DNA of 15,932 nt from a virus. Below are positions 15,883-15,932 of the stretch, in pieces; within the stretch, counting starts at the first letter, position 1, and each line of letters begins with the position of its first letter. The notes under the pieces were generated by a model. That model ran no database searches, was not told the origin of the DNA, and saw only the letters and a list, made by a program, of their open reading frames with translations. The DNA lies in the UHGV virus genome UHGV-0132370. One strand, given 5' to 3'. The translations under genes and the position numbers were made by a program.

Positions 15883-15932
15883 TTCTTCGCAATGGAGAAC
15901 TTTTAAGTTTGCAAAATGGAATAATGCGGTAT

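Noticed and set aside
1-15932. tRNA, rRNA, CRISPR arrays, insertion sequences, integrase/attachment site
   Set aside because: No direct-repeat/spacer periodicity, no tRNA-like cloverleaf candidates and no transposase or integrase-like ORFs were seen; the window lies wholly within the late structural region.

Overview
This window is the late (lysis, tail and baseplate) region of a P2-like temperate phage or prophage from an enterobacterial host. Gene order and protein features follow the P2 map almost exactly: 3' end of L, X, holin, endolysin, lysA, lysB with embedded lysC, R, S, V, W, J, I, H, G, then FI, FII, E/E', T, U, D. Genes are tightly packed on the + strand with many overlapping stop/start junctions. 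The one clear departure from P2 is between the tail-fibre genes and FI. There, a Gin/Hin/Cin/Pin-family serine DNA invertase (8336..8902) sits beside a ~1.9 kb segment bounded by 14-bp perfect inverted repeats inside 26-bp crossover-like sites (6376..6401 and 8255..8280). The segment carries the current tail-fibre C-terminus plus its assembly chaperone on the + strand, and a promoterless, start-less alternative tail-fibre C-terminus plus a second chaperone on the - strand. Inversion would fuse the constant part of H in frame to the alternative C-terminus, i.e. a Mu G-segment-style host-range switch. I also see two TGT-N12-ACA dyads at the expected late-promoter positions before V and FI, and a T_TTT_TTG slippery heptamer for the E/E' -1 frameshift. 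All homology statements are from recalled knowledge and reading the translations; no database search was run.
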